A stretch of DNA of 12,133 nt, from the NCBI GenBank assembly GCA_964035545.1, contig CAXIUT010000107.1, forward strand, positions 1 to 12,133, written 5' to 3'. Numbering within the stretch: position 1 is the stretch's first letter; every line of letters begins with the position of its first letter. The position numbers and the translations under genes are program-made. A model generated the notes under the pieces. The model did no database searches. It was not told where the DNA came from and was given only the letters and a program-made list of their open reading frames with translations. This DNA is from Bugula neritina (lineage: Eukaryota > Animalia > Bryozoa). Shown piece by piece: positions 9,850 to 12,133 of this stretch.

Positions 9850-10068
9850 ATGACAACTAGAATTTGTACTTCATCGGAGGATAAGGAAGATTTCTTTACC
9901 AAGTTATCATTTTCTGATTTGATGGGTGAGCTAGGAGATAAGGAAAATACTATGTTTTAAAATATGTAGATTTAGTAGTCTAGAAATAATGTTCGATTCG
10001 ATAGAGATGTATCAAGATGGCTTAATATGAAAAAAGATAATTAAATAATTAACCTTATCCTGATGTGA
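9850..10068 (+). CDS. Small hypothetical protein (72 aa) or the 3' part of a gene whose 5' end is obscured by telomeric tract 2
   Basis: MTTRICTSSEDKEDFFTKLSFSDLMGELGDKENTMFENMEIEESRNNVRFDRDVSRWLNMKKDNEIINLILM*. The frame is also open upstream to the tract, and the stop lies 29 bp from the convergent MORN stop, similar to the other gene pairs. Confidence 0.45.
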
Positions 10069-10097
10069 GTTATCTTTAATAATTATTGAGAATTTTA

Positions 10098-11164
10098 TCA
10101 ATTTCCAGGTAACATCTTCACATCGATTCCTTCAATCCAATCAGTCCTCATTTATTTACCTCCTTTATAGACATATCCTGATCCATGAGGCAATCCCATC
10201 TTCATTTCTCCTTTGTATGCAATCGAATCATCTCCGTTGAAAATGGTTCCATATCCATCTCTGTAGCCTTTAACGTAAGTGCCTTCGTATTTGGTTCCGT
10301 TATCTCCAAAATAGGTTCCTTTTCCATCTTTTTCTCCCTGTTCGAAGTGTCCTTCATAGTATCCCATTGGTTCTTTCATCTTTCCTGAATATTTATTTGA
10401 ATACCTGTGCCGTGGAATTGATTTTTTGAATTAAAAGGTCCTTAGTATTTATATTATCCTTTGTAGTCTTTCCAGGTGAGAACTCCTTCACTTCTTGATC
10501 CTTCATTATATCTTCCTACAAATTTATAATCTTTTCCTTCTTCTGTAGCTTATCCATCAAAAGTGTTATTTCTGAACCCTCCTTTATATGTGAATTGATT
10601 TGATTTGTACTCTCCATTGTTAGATTAAGCATGGTTGTTATTGAAGTCTCCGCAGTAGTAAGATCCATCTTCAAAGATAAAAGCTCCTCTTCCTTGAGCT
10701 CTTCCATGATCGAAATATCCCAAGTAAACACTACCGTTAGGTTTGTACATTCTTCCAAGACCATGAGGTTTGGTGTTAAACTGTGTTATTTAAAAGCTAC
10801 TTCATCAAGTTATCCTGCATAAACATCCGATCCGTATCTCTTGGTTTAACCACTACCTGCCAGGATGAATTAGTTGAAAAAGAATTCTTTATTAAAATAT
10901 CGTTACTTTCCTGATCGAGGGTTTCTTTGGCTTTATAGGATGGATCTGGAATAGGGATATATTCTTTTAATTAAGATTGACCTCTGTAGGTAGATTCTTC
11001 TTTTCTTTATGATGATGGCCATCTGTTTTCTTACTATCTTTCGGGCTTGATTAATAATCGTTTACCTCTCTTGGTTCCATCTTAGATCTAGCGACTTCTG
11101 GTTTGACTTCTTCTAAGACTGGGTTGTTTATTCTGGTTTATTCACAGCAAACTTGGTTTCCCAT
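10098..11164 (-). CDS. MORN-repeat protein with a predicted N-terminal acylation motif, 328 aa, four introns
   Basis: MGNQVCCEE start; MORN repeats PHGLGRMYKPNGSVYLGYFDHGRAQGRGAFIFEDGSYYCGDF, YKYEGPF, YYEGHFEQGEKDGKGTYFGDNGTKYEGTYVKGYRDGYG, YKGEMKMGLPHGSG; TGA at 10100-10098. Confidence 0.92.
10385..10404 (-). other. 20-nt spliceosomal intron
   Basis: gtattcaaataaatattcag; splicing restores the MORN motif FHGTGKM. Confidence 0.92.
10781..10800 (-). other. 20-nt spliceosomal intron
   Basis: gtagcttttaaataacacag; splicing gives YAGELDE|FNTKPHGLG. Confidence 0.88.
10887..10906 (-). other. 20-nt spliceosomal intron
   Basis: gtaacgatattttaataaag; restores the frame. Confidence 0.8.
11046..11065 (-). 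other. 20-nt spliceosomal intron
   Basis: gtaaacgattattaatcaag; restores the frame. Confidence 0.8.
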
Positions 11165-11233
11165 TCAATATAATTGATATGATAGTTCAATTGAATTGAA
11201 TTTAAACTGAATAAACTATTAAATCAAATGATA

Positions 11234-11950
11234 TCAAATGTCGTTAAAATTACCTTTGAGATATTTTTTCCTTTTAGTCTCCTAAAATTTTTATATTGCG
11301 TATCTCAGAGTAGTCCTAGGAAGATCACTATAATAACTTTTGATGAAAGTTTCTAGAAGAGTCATTTCTCTTTTACCTACTTATCGAAGCATCCAACCAA
11401 CAGCTTTATGAATAAGATCTTCTTTATCTTTGAGGAGTATTTTAGAGATATTAAGTGTATCTTTGAATTGATAATCTCGGATAAATGTAAAGGTTGATAT
11501 TATTGATATTCTTCTGTACCAAAGTTTTGGACTGTTTGCCAATTAGTAAAGTGTATTTATCTCTTGTAGATCGTTTTAAAGTAGAAATTATCCAACTATA
11601 TTAGGAGCCGAAATATCGACAAGATCCCAGTTATTAATATGATCTATCTTTTTGAAATAAAGCTAATATATTTTTCGTTTATTGTCTTTTTATTTATACT
11701 TAAGAGTCATTAATGCAAGAGCTATGAATCTTTATTCATGAATTTTACTTTAAATAAGTTACTAAATTTATGGAAGAGTGATATTTTGATTAGTTTTTGC
11801 TATATTTCTGCATTGTGGACTTGATAATCCAACAAAAATATCCCCTTAGCTGTACGATTCAGGTCCTGTTTTGAAAAATTTCATCGTTTGTTTTGCTCTT
11901 TCAGCATTTTTAAGCAAATTTACTTGAGCTCTTACTGCTTCTAGAATCAT
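11234..11950 (-). CDS. AlkD-like DNA alkylation repair protein (HEAT-like repeat glycosylase superfamily), 238 aa, no intron needed
   Basis: Motifs typical of bacterial 'DNA alkylation repair protein' sequences: FFKTGPESYSEGDIFVG, SKIHEERFIAL, INNWDLVDISAPNIVG, LWYRRISIISTF, KDKEDLIHKAVGWMLREVGKR, LPRTTLRYAIEKF. Confidence 0.9.
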
Positions 11951-12002
11951 AGGATTGTATAATATGATTCAATATATATGATTTCCTATTAAATAACTCT
12001 AA

Positions 12003-12133
12003 GGGGTTGGGGTTGGGGTTGGGGTTGGGGTTGGGGTTGGGGTTGGGGTTGGGGTTGGGGTTGGGTTGGGGTTGGGGTTGGGGTTGGGGTTGGGTTGGGG
12101 TTGGGGTTGGGTTGGGTTGGGGTTGGGGTTGGG
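12003..12133 (+). repeat. Right telomere, (TTGGGG)n with some TTGGG units distally
   Basis: G4T2 repeats run to the window end. Confidence 0.98.

Noticed and set aside
7685-10822. Remaining short ORFs in the track
   Set aside because: 7685-7906, 8284-8493 and 10152-10379 are fragments of the RBM39 and MORN genes cut at UAR (Glu) codons. The others are off-frame or antisense.
12061-12133. TTGGG variant units in the distal right telomere
   Set aside because: Indistinguishable from homopolymer sequencing or consensus error at a low-coverage contig end.
1-12133. Programmed ribosomal frameshifting (Euplotes-like) or context-dependent stops as the explanation for frame changes
   Set aside because: Every frame change coincides with a GTA..AG intron sharing one consensus, and no in-frame TGA is required inside any spliced gene.

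Overview
A complete, telomere-to-telomere ciliate macronuclear chromosome of about 12.1 kb, with (CCCCAA)n on the left and (TTGGGG)n on the right. The supplied standard-code ORF track is largely misleading. In conserved motifs both TAA and TAG sit at glutamate positions and TGA is the only stop, which matches the peritrich nuclear code (NCBI table 30) rather than the Tetrahymena/Paramecium UAR=Gln code. Read this way, the window is densely packed with 8 well-supported genes: a VAP/MSP-domain protein, a hypothetical protein, a p24/GOLD-like protein, a TTLL tubulin ligase, a coiled-coil protein, an RBM39-like splicing factor, a MORN-repeat protein and an intronless bacterial-type AlkD-like protein. 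There are also two less certain ORFs next to two internal telomeric tracts. The main signals are: (1) twelve frame-restoring introns that are all exactly 20 nt, all start GTA and all have an A six nucleotides from the 3' end; (2) one exception, a 73-nt intron in the RBM39-like gene that contains an in-frame TGA and an internal GTA donor, resembling an autoregulatory poison-splicing switch; (3) internal telomeric tracts, one of which sits in frame inside an ORF; (4) a probably horizontally acquired, recoded DNA-repair gene beside the right telomere. All translations and family calls were made by eye, without database searches.
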